From Myxococcota bacterium (GTDB lineage: Bacteria > Myxococcota_A > UBA796 > UBA2385), in the NCBI GenBank assembly GCA_044344255.1, contig JBIJDH010000039.1, positions 1 to 51,946 of the forward strand: a stretch of DNA of 51,946 nucleotides, written 5' to 3'. Below, piece after piece: positions 27,937 through 38,295 of this stretch. The notes under the pieces were generated by a model, which was given only the letters and a program-made list of their open reading frames with translations, searched no databases and was not told where the DNA came from. Position numbers and translations under genes: made by a program. Positions within the stretch are counted from its first letter, which is position 1; every line of letters starts with the position of its first letter.

Positions 27937-29870
27937 CCGCGGGCCCGGGCGATCCCGCCGCGCAGGCCCAGACCGCCGCGGCACCGCCGAAGAAGCGGGC
28001 CCCGCGCCCGCCGCGCCCGCCGACCACCCCCCCTGAGCTGCGCCCGCTCCCCCCCGAGCCGCGGCGCGCCCTCCTCACGGGCCTCCTGCTCCTCGCCTTC
28101 ACGGTGGGCCTGCTCAGCCCGGGCCTCGCCGACCTCGGCGGCACCCTCATCGGAGATCCGCAGTCGGACACGATCCGCGGCCTCTGGGGCCTCGACACGG
28201 TGCGCCGGAGCATGGTGCCGCCCAACGCCTGGCTCTTCACGCGGGAGATGAACTTCCCCTTCGGCGGCTGGGCCCTGATCCTGCCCTATGCCTCCTCCGT
28301 GCTGCTCTCGCCGCTCCTGTGGGCCTTCGGGCCGATGGCGGGCTGGAACCTCGCGGTGCTCGGCTGGCTGTGGATGACCGCGATGGGCATGGCCACCTGG
28401 GTGCGGGCGCGGACGGGCTCCTGGGCCGCGGGCCTCGGCTGCGGGGCGGCGCTCCTCGGTCAGCCGATGCTGCTCGCCGCGGTGGCGGAGGGCACGCCCG
28501 AGCACTTCGCCTTCGGCGGGCTGCTGTTTGCGCTGGCGGCCCTGGAGCACGCGCGACGGGCGCCGTCGGGGCGGGCGGCGGCGGGGGCGGCCCTGCTCGG
28601 TGCCCTCGTGGCCCTCGAGAGCCCCTACCAGGCCGTCTACCTCGTCGTCTTCGCGCTCCCCGCGCTGCCGGGGCTCCTCGCCGCCCTGAAGCGGCAGCCC
28701 TGGCCGGTGCGGCTCCGCGCCCTCGGAGCGGGCCTCCTCGTCTCGGCGCTGGCCATCGGCCTCCTCGCCTGGCTCTTCACCACCTTCTCGGCGCAGATGG
28801 GGGCGGTGGGCGACCTCGCCGCCCAGCGGAGCAGCAACAGCGTCGACCTCGTGCGCTGGTGGCAGCTCGAGCACCGCCCGGCCCTCACCCGAGACCCCAC
28901 GCTGCCGCCCACCGCCATCCCCTCGCTCCTGCTCGGCGGGGCGCTGCTGCTCGCGCTCCCCGGCCTGCGGCGGGGGTGGGTGGGGCTCCTCCCCGGCCTG
29001 CTCTTCCTCGGCCTCTCGCTCGGCGAGGGCACGGCCCATGAGGCCGTCTTCGAGGGCTGGCTCGGCGGCCCCGGCCGGGCCTTCGGCGAGGGCCTGACCG
29101 CGTTCAACCGACACCTCTACGATCTACCGGGGCTGCTGATCATCCGCTTCCCGCGCCGGCTGCTGGTGCCCGCGGCGATCGGCCTCCTGCTCGCGGCGGG
29201 GGAGGGGCTCGCCGCCCTCGAGCGGCGCCTCCCGCCGGGGCCGCCGAGCCTCCGCAGGGCGGGCCCGCTGGCGCTCTGTGGCCTGCTCGGCCTCCTGGGG
29301 CTCGGCGTGGGGGCGCGCGCCGCCCTGTTCTGGCGCGACTTCCCGAAGCTCACGCCCCCCCACCTCGCCGCGGCCGACTTCATCCGCGCCTCCGAGGTGG
29401 AGGGCGCGGTGGCGGTGCTCCCCGAGCGGCGCGGCTCGCTCACCCGCACCGAGCGCCACAACCTGCCGGTCTTCGCCTCGCTGGGAGCGGAGCTCGTGAG
29501 CGCCGACCTGCTCTACATCCAGGTCTCTCACGGTCGCCCGCAGACCTCCTTCCCCGAGCTCCTCACCCTCCGCCCGCGAGACCGCAGCGTCCGCGCCCGG
29601 TCCGAGCTCCAGGCCTGGGATGACCTCGCCCTGCCGATGACGATGGGCCAGCCGGTTCCGCCCTCCGCCGAGCAGGACATCAAGAACGAGGAGCGGAAGC
29701 CCGGCCGCGACCTCCTCTTCGAGGAGGGGCTGCGCTTCTTGTTCATCGACCGCGCGCTCTACGGGGACGCCGAGCTCGACATCCTCCGCCGGCACTTGGG
29801 CGAGCACATCGTCCGGGAGCAGGCCTTCGAGGACGGAACGGGCGTGCTCGTGATGGTGCTCCAGCCCTGA
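27933..29870 (+). CDS. Polytopic membrane protein, YfhO/GT-C-like
   Basis: GTG start overlaps upstream TGA; GDPQSD loop, MNFPFG, IRFPRR, C-terminal soluble domain (YIQVSHGRP). Confidence 0.55.
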   Translation: MTAGPGDPAAQAQTAAAPPKKRAPRPPRPPTTPPELRPLPPEPRRALLTGLLLLAFTVGLLSPGLADLGGTLIGDPQSDTIRGLWGLDTVRRSMVPPNAWLFTREMNFPFGGWALILPYASSVLLSPLLWAFGPMAGWNLAVLGWLWMTAMGMATWVRARTGSWAAGLGCGAALLGQPMLLAAVAEGTPEHFAFGGLLFALAALEHARRAPSGRAAAGAALLGALVALESPYQAVYLVVFALPALPGLLAALKRQPWPVRLRALGAGLLVSALAIGLLAWLFTTFSAQMGAVGDLAAQRSSNSVDLVRWWQLEHRPALTRDPTLPPTAIPSLLLGGALLLALPGLRRGWVGLLPGLLFLGLSLGEGTAHEAVFEGWLGGPGRAFGEGLTAFNRHLYDLPGLLIIRFPRRLLVPAAIGLLLAAGEGLAALERRLPPGPPSLRRAGPLALCGLLGLLGLGVGARAALFWRDFPKLTPPHLAAADFIRASEVEGAVAVLPERRGSLTRTERHNLPVFASLGAELVSADLLYIQVSHGRPQTSFPELLTLRPRDRSVRARSELQAWDDLALPMTMGQPVPPSAEQDIKNEERKPGRDLLFEEGLRFLFIDRALYGDAELDILRRHLGEHIVREQAFEDGTGVLVMVLQP

Positions 29871-29891
29871 GCGGGGCCGGGCGCCCCGGGA

Positions 29892-31628
29892 TCAAGGCCG
29901 CCCAGACTTCCCGGCCCGCAGGCTCTCGAGCATCGGCGGGGGAGGGTCCTTGAAGAGCGCGTAGCCGCCGGCCTGGGCGACGCCCACCCCCGAGGTGGGC
30001 GCGCGGAGGATGGCCCAGCGGATGGGGCGGTCGCCGATACGGCGCGCGACGTCGGGATCGGTGAGGCTGTCTTGGGTGAGGACGTAGCGGCGGCGGGCCA
30101 CGGCGGCGACCAGCGGCTGATCGACGAGCAGCACGTCCTCCTCGGGCACCTGGTGGATGAGGCTCCACACGGCGCGGTTGTCTTCCCGCCGGGTGCGGAG
30201 CCCTGCCTCGGAGAGGCGCGACTGCCACTGGGACCAGGAGGCGCCGGCCACGAGGGCGATGACGACGAGCAGGGGCCCCGCCATCCGCCGCCCGGCGCGG
30301 CTGAGGCGGGCGACGCCGACCACCGCCGCGCTCGTGAGAAGGCCGACGAGCGGCGCGAGGTGGTGGATCGAGGGGTTCGACAGGTCGCGCACGCTCAGCG
30401 GATCGACCCCGTGGAAGACGATGACCGGCAGCGCCGGCAAGGCCACCGCCGGCGCGAGGCCGAACCAGGGCACCGAGGGCCCGCCGAGGAAGGCGTGCAT
30501 CGACCACGGGAAGCTCGACCAGGACGCGCGGATCGCGTCTCCCCGCTCGATCTGCCCCGTCAGGATGTCGTAGAGAGGGTTGGGGTAGCCCGGGGGGCCC
30601 ATCGCCTTGTAGACGGCGAAGTAGGCCATCATCACGAGGCTGCCGAGCATCGCAGGGCCCACGCCCCCGGCGAGGCCGATGAAGGGGAGCAGCAGCAGCG
30701 CCTCCTCGCGCGTGGTGCCCATCAGCAGCGCCACCAGCAAGAAGGCGAGCGGGCCCCCGTGCCGCGCCGCCCAGAAGCCGAGGGGGAGCATCGGCAGGAG
30801 CAGCACGAGGTCTTGGTAGTCGGCGAGGGCCATCAGGATGATCGGCGCCGAGCCTGCGTAGAGCAAGAGCCCGGCGAGCAGCCCCCAGAGGCGCCCCTCG
30901 GCCCAGCCGAGCAGGGCCGACGAGTAGACGCCGAGCCCCACGATCACCACCTGGATGCGGGCGAGGGCCCAGGCGCTGGCCGAGAACTGGCTGAGCCAGG
31001 CGGTGAAGAAGAAGATCGGCGTGTAGTGCCCGCCCCAGCGCCACTCCGAGGCGTAGCCCCGGTGCACCGTCTGCTCCCAGCCCACCCCCGAGGAGAAGTT
31101 GTGGGCGAGCTGGACGAAGGTGGCGTAAGCGAGGCTGCCCATCGGGCGGATGTGCTCCTCCTGCGCATCGACGAAGGGGAGGAGCTGCCCGACCCAGAGC
31201 GCGAAGATCAGGGTGGGCAAGAGGAGGAGCAGCGGCCGGTCGATCTTGTCGACGAGCTCCTCGAGGCGCGTGGGCGGCGGCGCCTTTCGCCCGCGGCGCC
31301 AGCGGCGCGGGGCCTCCTTGAGCTTCTTTCGTTTGGGCGGCGCCGCCGGGGCCTCGGGCTCGACGGGGGGCTCGACGGGGGGCTCGGCGGGGGGCTCCTC
31401 GGGGCTCGGCGTCGGGGTCTCCCCCGGGGCCTCGGCCGCGGTGGCCGGCTCGGCAGGTACGTCCGCCTCTTCGGGTACGTCCGCCTCTTCAGGGGCGGGG
31501 GCCGGCGTCTCCGCGCCCAACGGGGTGAGATCGCGCTCCCCTTCAGCCGAAACCTCGCCTCCTGCCGCGGGCTCGCGCCGAGGCGGCTCGGGAGGATCGA
31601 GCGGCGATGCGGGGGGATTGTCGTTCAA
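29892..31628 (-). CDS. DUF2079-like membrane protein (GT-C-like) with Pro/Glu-rich N-terminus
   Basis: FVQLAHN...GGHYTPIF...LARIQ pattern, TREE, many TM segments; EPP and PEEADV repeats at the N-terminus. Confidence 0.6.
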   Translation of the reverse strand: MNDNPPASPLDPPEPPRREPAAGGEVSAEGERDLTPLGAETPAPAPEEADVPEEADVPAEPATAAEAPGETPTPSPEEPPAEPPVEPPVEPEAPAAPPKRKKLKEAPRRWRRGRKAPPPTRLEELVDKIDRPLLLLLPTLIFALWVGQLLPFVDAQEEHIRPMGSLAYATFVQLAHNFSSGVGWEQTVHRGYASEWRWGGHYTPIFFFTAWLSQFSASAWALARIQVVIVGLGVYSSALLGWAEGRLWGLLAGLLLYAGSAPIILMALADYQDLVLLLPMLPLGFWAARHGGPLAFLLVALLMGTTREEALLLLPFIGLAGGVGPAMLGSLVMMAYFAVYKAMGPPGYPNPLYDILTGQIERGDAIRASWSSFPWSMHAFLGGPSVPWFGLAPAVALPALPVIVFHGVDPLSVRDLSNPSIHHLAPLVGLLTSAAVVGVARLSRAGRRMAGPLLVVIALVAGASWSQWQSRLSEAGLRTRREDNRAVWSLIHQVPEEDVLLVDQPLVAAVARRRYVLTQDSLTDPDVARRIGDRPIRWAILRAPTSGVGVAQAGGYALFKDPPPPMLESLRAGKSGRP

Positions 31629-31759
31629 CCGAGGCTCCGCGGCGCGACGCGCCCGAGATGCAGCACGATATCAGGAGCGAGGGGCCGATCCGACCCTCGG
31701 AGCCCCGCGGCGAGGTCCGGCGCTGGGCGCCCATGACGAGGCGCAGATCGTGGAGGACG

Positions 31760-33007
31760 ATGTCGGTGAGGCCGGGTTCCGATCACGTCGCCGCCCTCCC
31801 CGCCGCCCTCGGGCCCTTCTGGGCGCCGGTCGAGGGGGTGCTCGCCGTGGCCGCCCAGCACGGGCTCCCCGCGCTGCTCGTCGGCGGCTGCGTGCGCGAT
31901 CTGCTGCTCGGCCGGCCCCTCCACGACGTCGACCTCGTGGTGGAGGGGGACGCCGTCGCCCTCGGCCATCGGGTCGCCTCCGCCTTGGGCGGGCGCTGCG
32001 TCGAGCACGGCGCCTTTGGGACGGCCCGCTGGGAGGCGCCCGCCGGCGCCCACATCGACCTCGCCACCGCCCGCACCGAGGTCTATGACCGGCCCGCCGC
32101 CCTGCCGCGGGTCACCGCCGCCCCCCTCGCCCTCGACCTCCAGCGCCGCGACTTCAGCGTCAACGCGATGGCCCTCCGGGTGGTGGGTGATCGGGGGGAG
32201 CTCGTCGATCCCCACGGCGGGCGGCACGATCTCGAGGCCCGCCAGCTCCGTGTCCTCCACCCCGGCTCCTTCCGGGACGACCCCACCCGCGCGCTCCGGG
32301 CCGCCCGTTTCGCCGCTCGTTTTGGCTTCTCGCTCGAGGCCGACAGCGCGACCCTCCTCGCCGATGCCCTCCGCGACGGCGTCTTCGGCGAGCTCGGCCT
32401 CGAGCGCTGGGGCCGGGAGCTCGATCACCTCCTCCGCGAGGCGCAGGTCCAAGGGGCCTGGGAGCGCCTGCGGGCCTGGGGCCTCGCCGCCGCGCTCGAT
32501 CCCGCCCTCGCGGAGGACGCCCGGCTCGCCCCGGCCCTCACCGACGCCCACCTCGCCTCGGCGGCCGGCGACACGGCCCTCGGCTGGCTCGCCCTCGCCG
32601 CCGCGCTCCCCCCCGAGGCGCGCACACGGCGCCTCCGCCTCGTGCCCGGCGCCCTGCCGCAGCAGCGGCGCTGGCTCTACGGCCCGGAGCGGGTCGCCCT
32701 GGCCCTGCTCGGCCTGCACGCCCTCGACCGGGCCGATCAGGCCGAGCGCCTCGGCTCCCTCGACGGGGTCGAGCTCCGCTTCGCCGCCCTCCACGGCCAG
32801 GGGCGCCCGGCCGCGGAGGCCCTCGCCTGGTGGGAGGCCGAGGGGCGGCACCGACGCCCCGCCTTCGGCGGCGCCGAGCTCCTCGCCGCAGGCCTCCCCC
32901 CCGGTCCCGCCGTCGGCCGGGCCCTCCGCGCCGCGCGCCGAGCGGCCTGGAGCGGCGCCGAGCCCGCCGCGCAGTGGTCGGCCGCCCTGGCGGCGGCGGA
33001 GGGGTAG
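31760..33007 (+). CDS. Class II tRNA nucleotidyltransferase (CCA/poly(A) polymerase family), possibly A-adding type
   Basis: LVGGCVRDLLLG, DVDLVV, ARTEVY, DLQRRDFSVNAMA, DDPTRALRAARF; SD GGAGG before ATG 31760. Confidence 0.9.
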   Translation: MSVRPGSDHVAALPAALGPFWAPVEGVLAVAAQHGLPALLVGGCVRDLLLGRPLHDVDLVVEGDAVALGHRVASALGGRCVEHGAFGTARWEAPAGAHIDLATARTEVYDRPAALPRVTAAPLALDLQRRDFSVNAMALRVVGDRGELVDPHGGRHDLEARQLRVLHPGSFRDDPTRALRAARFAARFGFSLEADSATLLADALRDGVFGELGLERWGRELDHLLREAQVQGAWERLRAWGLAAALDPALAEDARLAPALTDAHLASAAGDTALGWLALAAALPPEARTRRLRLVPGALPQQRRWLYGPERVALALLGLHALDRADQAERLGSLDGVELRFAALHGQGRPAAEALAWWEAEGRHRRPAFGGAELLAAGLPPGPAVGRALRAARRAAWSGAEPAAQWSAALAAAEG

Positions 33008-33023
33008 GGTCCCCTCCAGCGGT

Positions 33024-34535
33024 CTACCGTGTCCCCCGGAACCGCGACCACTCGATGCCCAGGCGCCGCATGCGCGACCGCAGGGTGTGCGGGTTGACGC
33101 CGAGGGCGTCGGCGGCTCCGAAGGGGCCCTCGATGCGGCCGTGGCAGCGCTGGAGGGCGGCCTCGATCGAGGCGCGGTCGTCGGGCTCGGCGCCGACGGG
33201 CCTGGGCGAGCCGGAGCCGCCGACGGCGCCGACGACGCCGACGACGCCCAAGGCGGGCTCGACCTGGAGGCGCTGGCCGTTGCCGAGGATGGCGGCGCGC
33301 TCGATGACGGCGGCGAGCTCGCGCACGTTGCCCGGCCAGTCATAATTGGACAGGCGCTCGATGTCGGCGGGGGTGGCCTCGAGGGCGCGGCTGAAGAGGC
33401 GGATGCCAGCGCGCTCGGCGAAGTGGCGCGTGAGCGCGGGGATGTCGCCCCGGCGCTCGCGGAGGGCGGGGAGGGTGATCGGGAAGACGCTGACGCGGTA
33501 CCAGAGGTCCTGTCGGAAGTGGCCGTCCCGCACCATCATCGTCATGTCGCGGTGGGTGGCGGCGACGATGCGCACGTCGACGGAGTGGGTCTGTTGACCG
33601 CCCACGCGCTCGAAGGTGCCGTCCTGGAGCACACGGAGCAGGCGCACCTGGGCCGCAGCGGGGAGCCCGCCCACCTCGTCGAGGAAGAGGGTGCCGCCGT
33701 CGGCGCGCTCGAACCAGCCCTTCCGATGACCGATGGCGCCGGTGAAGCTGCCCTTCTCGTGGCCGAAGAGCTCGGAGTCGACGAGCTCTGTCGGGATGGC
33801 GCCGCAATTGACACGGAGGAAGGGCCCGCTGGCCCGCCGCGATTGGCTGTGGATAGACCGCGCCACCACCTCCTTGCCGGAGCCCGTCTCGCCGAGGATG
33901 AGCACGGGGGCGTCGGTGGGGGCAACCTGGGCCACCCGCTCCATCACGGCCTTCAGCCCGCGCTCGGCGCCGACGATCGCGTCGCTCACGTCCTGCCGAC
34001 CGAGGCGGGAGAGGAGGGCGGTGCGGTCTTGCTCGGCGGCCTCGCGCAGGCGGGCGAGCTCTTGGAGGCGGGTGTCGTTGGCGAGCGCCACGCTGAAGGG
34101 CTCGAGCGCCTCCTGGACCACCGCGCGGCCCTCGCCGTCGGCGGTGCCGATGAGCAGCACGCCCACGAGCTGATCTCCGGAGCGCAGCGGCCCGGCGATG
34201 GCGGGCCCGGACAGGCCGCGGGGGAGGGTGCAGCGAGTGACGGTGCTCTCGGGGTGGGCCGGCCAGACCTCGGCCCGCCCGCGGACGGCCCAGGCGAAGA
34301 CCTGCTCACGCTGCTCGGCGCTGACGACGCTCCGGGGCTCGACGGCGCTCGGGCCGCCGATGCGGGCCACCGTGTCAAAGCGCGAGCGCTCGGCGTCCCA
34401 GCGGCGGATGACCATCCAGGAGATGGGGGTGGCGCTGCGGAGGAGGGTGGAGAGGGCGGCGGCGGTCTCCTCGATGTGCTCGTGGCGGGCCACGGCGCGC
34501 CAGAGGAGGCCGGTCAGCGGGCGTGCGGCGCTCAT
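33024..34535 (-). CDS. Sigma54-dependent enhancer-binding protein (GAF-like, AAA+, Fis HTH)
   Basis: GETGSGKE, ELFGHEKGSFTGA, LFLDEVG, FRQDLWYR, WPGNVREL, LGVNPHTLRSRM; ATGA overlap with cysA. Confidence 0.93.
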   Translation of the reverse strand: MSAARPLTGLLWRAVARHEHIEETAAALSTLLRSATPISWMVIRRWDAERSRFDTVARIGGPSAVEPRSVVSAEQREQVFAWAVRGRAEVWPAHPESTVTRCTLPRGLSGPAIAGPLRSGDQLVGVLLIGTADGEGRAVVQEALEPFSVALANDTRLQELARLREAAEQDRTALLSRLGRQDVSDAIVGAERGLKAVMERVAQVAPTDAPVLILGETGSGKEVVARSIHSQSRRASGPFLRVNCGAIPTELVDSELFGHEKGSFTGAIGHRKGWFERADGGTLFLDEVGGLPAAAQVRLLRVLQDGTFERVGGQQTHSVDVRIVAATHRDMTMMVRDGHFRQDLWYRVSVFPITLPALRERRGDIPALTRHFAERAGIRLFSRALEATPADIERLSNYDWPGNVRELAAVIERAAILGNGQRLQVEPALGVVGVVGAVGGSGSPRPVGAEPDDRASIEAALQRCHGRIEGPFGAADALGVNPHTLRSRMRRLGIEWSRFRGTR

Positions 34536-35578
34536 GCGACACCCTCCTGCACCGGCCAGGCCCGGGCCTGGGTGACCTCGACGGCGATCCGCGCCCCCGG
34601 CTCCACCCCCTGGAGCAGCGAAGAACGACGGGGGAACTGGGCGAAGATGGGGGCGCCGACGTCATCGAGCCAGGCCTCGACGCGCACGCGGTCGCCGAGG
34701 GTAGTCACCCGACGCACGGTGGCGGGGCCTTGGTCATCCCGCCAGAACTTGAGGTCATAGGAACGAACGACCATATGGACCTTGGCGCCCTCCGCGGGCA
34801 GCGCGTCCACCGTAGCGGAGAGCCGGCCCACCTGCACGCGCCCGCCGCGAACCACGCCGTCGAGCACGTTGACGTCACCCACGAAGCGGGCCACGAATTC
34901 GGTGGCCGGCTGATCGAGGATCTCGACGGGCGAGCCCGCCTGCTGGAGCTTGCCCTCGGAGATGATCAGCACCCGATCGGCGATGGCGAAGGCCTCCTCC
35001 TGGTCGTGGGTGACGAAGATCGAGGTGGTGTGCACCTCGTCGTGGAGCTTGCGCAGCCAGCGACGCAGCTCTTCGCGCACCTTGGCGTCGATGGCGCCGA
35101 AGGGCTCGTCGAGCAAGAGGAGGCGCGGGCGGGGGGCGAGGGCGCGGGCGAGGGCCACCCGCTGCCGCTGGCCGCCGGAGAGCTGCCCCGGCATCCGCTC
35201 GCCCAGGCCGCGCAGCCCCATCACCTCGAGGAGCTGCGCCACCCGCTCGTTCTGTTCGGCCCGGCTCACACCGTTCACGGAGAGGCCGAAGGCGATGTTC
35301 TCGGCCACGTTCATGTGTCGGAACAGGGCGTAGTGCTGAAAGACGAAGCCCACCCTGCGCTCGCGGGCGTGGAGGTGGTCGACCCGCTCGCCGTCGAGCC
35401 AGACCTCGCCGGCGTCGGCCGTCTCGAGGCCTGCGATCATGCGCAGCACCGTGCTCTTCCCGCCGCCGGAGGGGCCGAGCAGCGCCAGCAGCTCTCCGGG
35501 CTTGACCTCGAAGCTGACCCCATCGACCACCCGGGCGGCGCCGAATTGTTTGACGAGGCCCTCGACTCGAATGCCCAT
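34532..35578 (-). CDS. cysA: Sulfate ABC transporter ATP-binding subunit
   Basis: GPSGGGKST, VFQHYALFRHM, LSGGQRQR, LLLDEPF, VTHDQEEA. Confidence 0.93.
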   Translation of the reverse strand: MGIRVEGLVKQFGAARVVDGVSFEVKPGELLALLGPSGGGKSTVLRMIAGLETADAGEVWLDGERVDHLHARERRVGFVFQHYALFRHMNVAENIAFGLSVNGVSRAEQNERVAQLLEVMGLRGLGERMPGQLSGGQRQRVALARALAPRPRLLLLDEPFGAIDAKVREELRRWLRKLHDEVHTTSIFVTHDQEEAFAIADRVLIISEGKLQQAGSPVEILDQPATEFVARFVGDVNVLDGVVRGGRVQVGRLSATVDALPAEGAKVHMVVRSYDLKFWRDDQGPATVRRVTTLGDRVRVEAWLDDVGAPIFAQFPRRSSLLQGVEPGARIAVEVTQARAWPVQEGVA

Positions 35579-36379
35579 CTATCTCTCCTTCTGGAGGGTC
35601 AGGAGCAGGGCGACCGCGGCGCTGGCGAGGATGAGCGCCATCCCATAGGCCGCCGGCTCCTGTCTCTCTTCCAATGCGGTGTGAATGAAGGTGGTCGCGG
35701 TCTGGGTGCGGTTGGCGACAGAGCCACCGACCACCAGCACCGCCCCGAATTCGCCGAGGGCGCGCGCCGCGGTGAGCGTCGAGCCCACGACGAGGCCGCC
35801 GCGGATGTTCGGGAGGGTGACGCGCACGAAGGTCTGCCAGCCCGTGGCGCCGAGCGTGGCCGCGGCCTGCTCCTCGCTGTCCCCGAGCTCTTCGAGCACC
35901 AGCGCCACCTCCCGGAGCGTGAAGGGGAGGGTGACGAAGAGGGTGGCCACGAGCACGCCGGGCCAGGCGAAGGCCATCTCCAGGCCGACCGCGTCGAGCA
36001 GGGGCCGGGCCACGCCGCTGCGGCCGAAGACGAGCAGGAAGCCGAGGCCGGTCATCACCGGGGACAGGGCGAGGGGCAGGTCGATTAAGGCGTCGAGCAG
36101 CCGGCGGCCGAAGAAGCGCTGGCGCACGAGCACGAGCGCCCCGGCCACGCCGAAGACGCCGTTTGCCAGCACGCAGACCACCGCGATGGCCACGGACAGG
36201 AGCAGGGCGCTGCGGGCCCCCTCGGCGGACAGGGCGGTCACGACCTCGGGGAGGTTCCGGGCCACCTCGAGGCAGAGGGCGCCGAGCGGCACCAGGAGCA
36301 GGAGCCCCAACCACAGGCATACGAGGCCGAAGATCAGCCGCTCAATGCCCTCGGGGCGACGACGTCTTGCCTTAAGCAC
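35579..36379 (-). CDS. cysW: Sulfate ABC transporter permease
   Basis: IDLPLALSPV, EEQAAATLGA, ARALGEFGAV. Confidence 0.88.
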   Translation of the reverse strand: MLKARRRRPEGIERLIFGLVCLWLGLLLLVPLGALCLEVARNLPEVVTALSAEGARSALLLSVAIAVVCVLANGVFGVAGALVLVRQRFFGRRLLDALIDLPLALSPVMTGLGFLLVFGRSGVARPLLDAVGLEMAFAWPGVLVATLFVTLPFTLREVALVLEELGDSEEQAAATLGATGWQTFVRVTLPNIRGGLVVGSTLTAARALGEFGAVLVVGGSVANRTQTATTFIHTALEERQEPAAYGMALILASAAVALLLTLQKER

Positions 36380-37202
36380 GGCGCGCTCCGGCGCGGCGGG
36401 CGAGCGCCGCCGACAGGGGTTGGAGGGTGAGGGCGAGCACGAGCAGCACGAGGCTGACCGAAGCTGCGCCGGCGGGGTTGCCGGCCTCGACCTCGCCCAG
36501 GATGTAGACCGGGGCCACCAGCGTCTTGTGGGGGATGTTCCCCGAGACCGCGGCCAGGGAGCCGAACTCGGCCACGGCGCGGGCGAAGGTCTGGACGCTC
36601 CCGGCGGCGACGGCGGGCAGGATCGGCGGCAGGAGCACCCGCCGCAGGGTCTCGAGGCGGGTGGCGCCGAGGGTGTAGGCGGCCTCCTCTTCGGCGAGGT
36701 CGAGCTCTTCGAGGACAGGCTCCACCGCCCGCACGACGAAGGGCAGGGTCACGAAGAGGAGGGAGAGGAGGATGCCCGGCCAGGCGAAGGCGACCGGCAG
36801 GCCCACCGCCTTCAGCGCCTGGCCGAGGGCGGTCTGCGGCCCGAAGAGGGTGACGATCAGCACGCCCGCGACGAGGGTGGGGATGGCGAGGGGGAGGTCG
36901 ACCAGCGCGGCGAGCAGGCCCCGGCCGGGCACATCCCAGCGCACGAGGACCCAGGCGATGGTGGTGCCGACCACCGCGTTGATGAGGGTGGCGGCGGCGG
37001 CGGTCCAGAGCGAGAGGGTGATGGCATCGACGGCGGTGGGCGCCGTGACCGCGGCGAAGAAGGCCGCCGGCCCGCCCTCGAGGCCCTTGACGATCAGCAC
37101 GAGCACGGGGGCGAGCACGAGCGCGCTCACCCAGCCGGCGGCGCCGAGGCGGACGAGGTGGTCCCCGCTCCAGGGCGAGGCGCGCGTGGGGCTCGCGGAC
37201 AT
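36372..37202 (-). CDS. cysT: Sulfate ABC transporter permease
   Basis: VDLPLAIPTLVAG, EEAAYTLGA, EFGSL...SGNIP; ATG 37202 overlaps sbp TGA. Confidence 0.88.
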   Translation of the reverse strand: MSASPTRASPWSGDHLVRLGAAGWVSALVLAPVLVLIVKGLEGGPAAFFAAVTAPTAVDAITLSLWTAAAATLINAVVGTTIAWVLVRWDVPGRGLLAALVDLPLAIPTLVAGVLIVTLFGPQTALGQALKAVGLPVAFAWPGILLSLLFVTLPFVVRAVEPVLEELDLAEEEAAYTLGATRLETLRRVLLPPILPAVAAGSVQTFARAVAEFGSLAAVSGNIPHKTLVAPVYILGEVEAGNPAGAASVSLVLLVLALTLQPLSAALARRAGARRA

Positions 37203-38239
37203 CAGCCCCCCGTCGGGGCGGCCTTGTCGTAGACCCCGCCCGCCGCGAAGACCTTGTCCTTGACGGCGGCCCAGCCGCCGAGGTCGCGGACGGTAAACGT
37301 GTCGGCGGCGGCGGGCAGCCCGGCGGGCAGGGCCGCGGGGTCGACCGGACGGAGGCCGTACTCGGCGTAGGCCCGCTGGGCCTCGGGCCCGTGGAGGAAC
37401 TCGACGAAGGCCTTGGCGATGTCCTCGTTGCCGTGCTTCTTGGCGTAGGTGTCGACCACCGCCACTGGGTTCTCGATGAGGATGGTGGAGGGGGGGACGA
37501 CATAGTCCATCGCCTGCCCCTCCTTCTTCGCGACCAGCACCTCGTTTTCGTAGGTGATGGCGGCGTCGCCCACGCCCTTCTCGAAGTTGACGATCGACTC
37601 GCGGGCGCCCTTGTCCATGACGGTCACCCGCCCGAGCACCCCCTGGAGGAGCCCGATGGCGCCGGCCTCGTCTCCGGGCTTCACGCCGGCGTGGCCGCGG
37701 GTGGCCGCGCCCCAGACGGCGAGTACGTTCCACATCGCGCCGCCGCTGGTGCGCACGTTGGGGGTGAGCACCTCGATGTCCTTGCGGGCGAGGTCATTCC
37801 AGTCGGCGATACCCTTCGGGTTGCCGGGGCGCACGGCGATCACGGCGAGGGAGTCGGTGACGATGCCGCCGTGGGCCGCGGCGCGCCAGTCGTGGGTGAT
37901 GAGGCCGGCCGCCTCGAGCACGGCGACGTCGGGGTCGAGAGACAGGGCCACGACGTCGGCCTCGAAGCCCTCCTTCACGGCGCGGGCCTGGGCGCCGGAG
38001 CCCTGATAGGACTCCTCGAATTTCACCTCTTCGCCGGTCTTCTCTTTCCAGGCCTTGGCGAAGGCGGGCAGGATGGCCTTCCCATAGGCCTCGCGGGGGG
38101 TGGTGTACGCGGCGAGGGTCAGCGAGCGGGTGCGGGCGGGGCCCGCGGCGGGAGCAGGGGCGGCCGCCTCGGGGGAGCCCGCGGCGGGCACGGGGGCTTC
38201 AGGCCCTCCGCAGGCGGCGAGGAGGAGGAGCGTGAGCAT
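37202..38239 (-). CDS. sbp: Sulfate-binding protein (lipoprotein)
   Basis: Lipobox LAAC; SYQGSGAQARAV, GNPKGIADWNDL, PNVRTSGGA, YENE, ILIENPV. Confidence 0.9.
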   Translation of the reverse strand: MLTLLLLAACGGPEAPVPAAGSPEAAAPAPAAGPARTRSLTLAAYTTPREAYGKAILPAFAKAWKEKTGEEVKFEESYQGSGAQARAVKEGFEADVVALSLDPDVAVLEAAGLITHDWRAAAHGGIVTDSLAVIAVRPGNPKGIADWNDLARKDIEVLTPNVRTSGGAMWNVLAVWGAATRGHAGVKPGDEAGAIGLLQGVLGRVTVMDKGARESIVNFEKGVGDAAITYENEVLVAKKEGQAMDYVVPPSTILIENPVAVVDTYAKKHGNEDIAKAFVEFLHGPEAQRAYAEYGLRPVDPAALPAGLPAAADTFTVRDLGGWAAVKDKVFAAGGVYDKAAPTGG

Positions 38240-38295
38240 GGGTCGGCCTTCCCGGAGCGCCCCGAGGGGCGGTTTCTGGTGAGGCCCAGAGGCTG

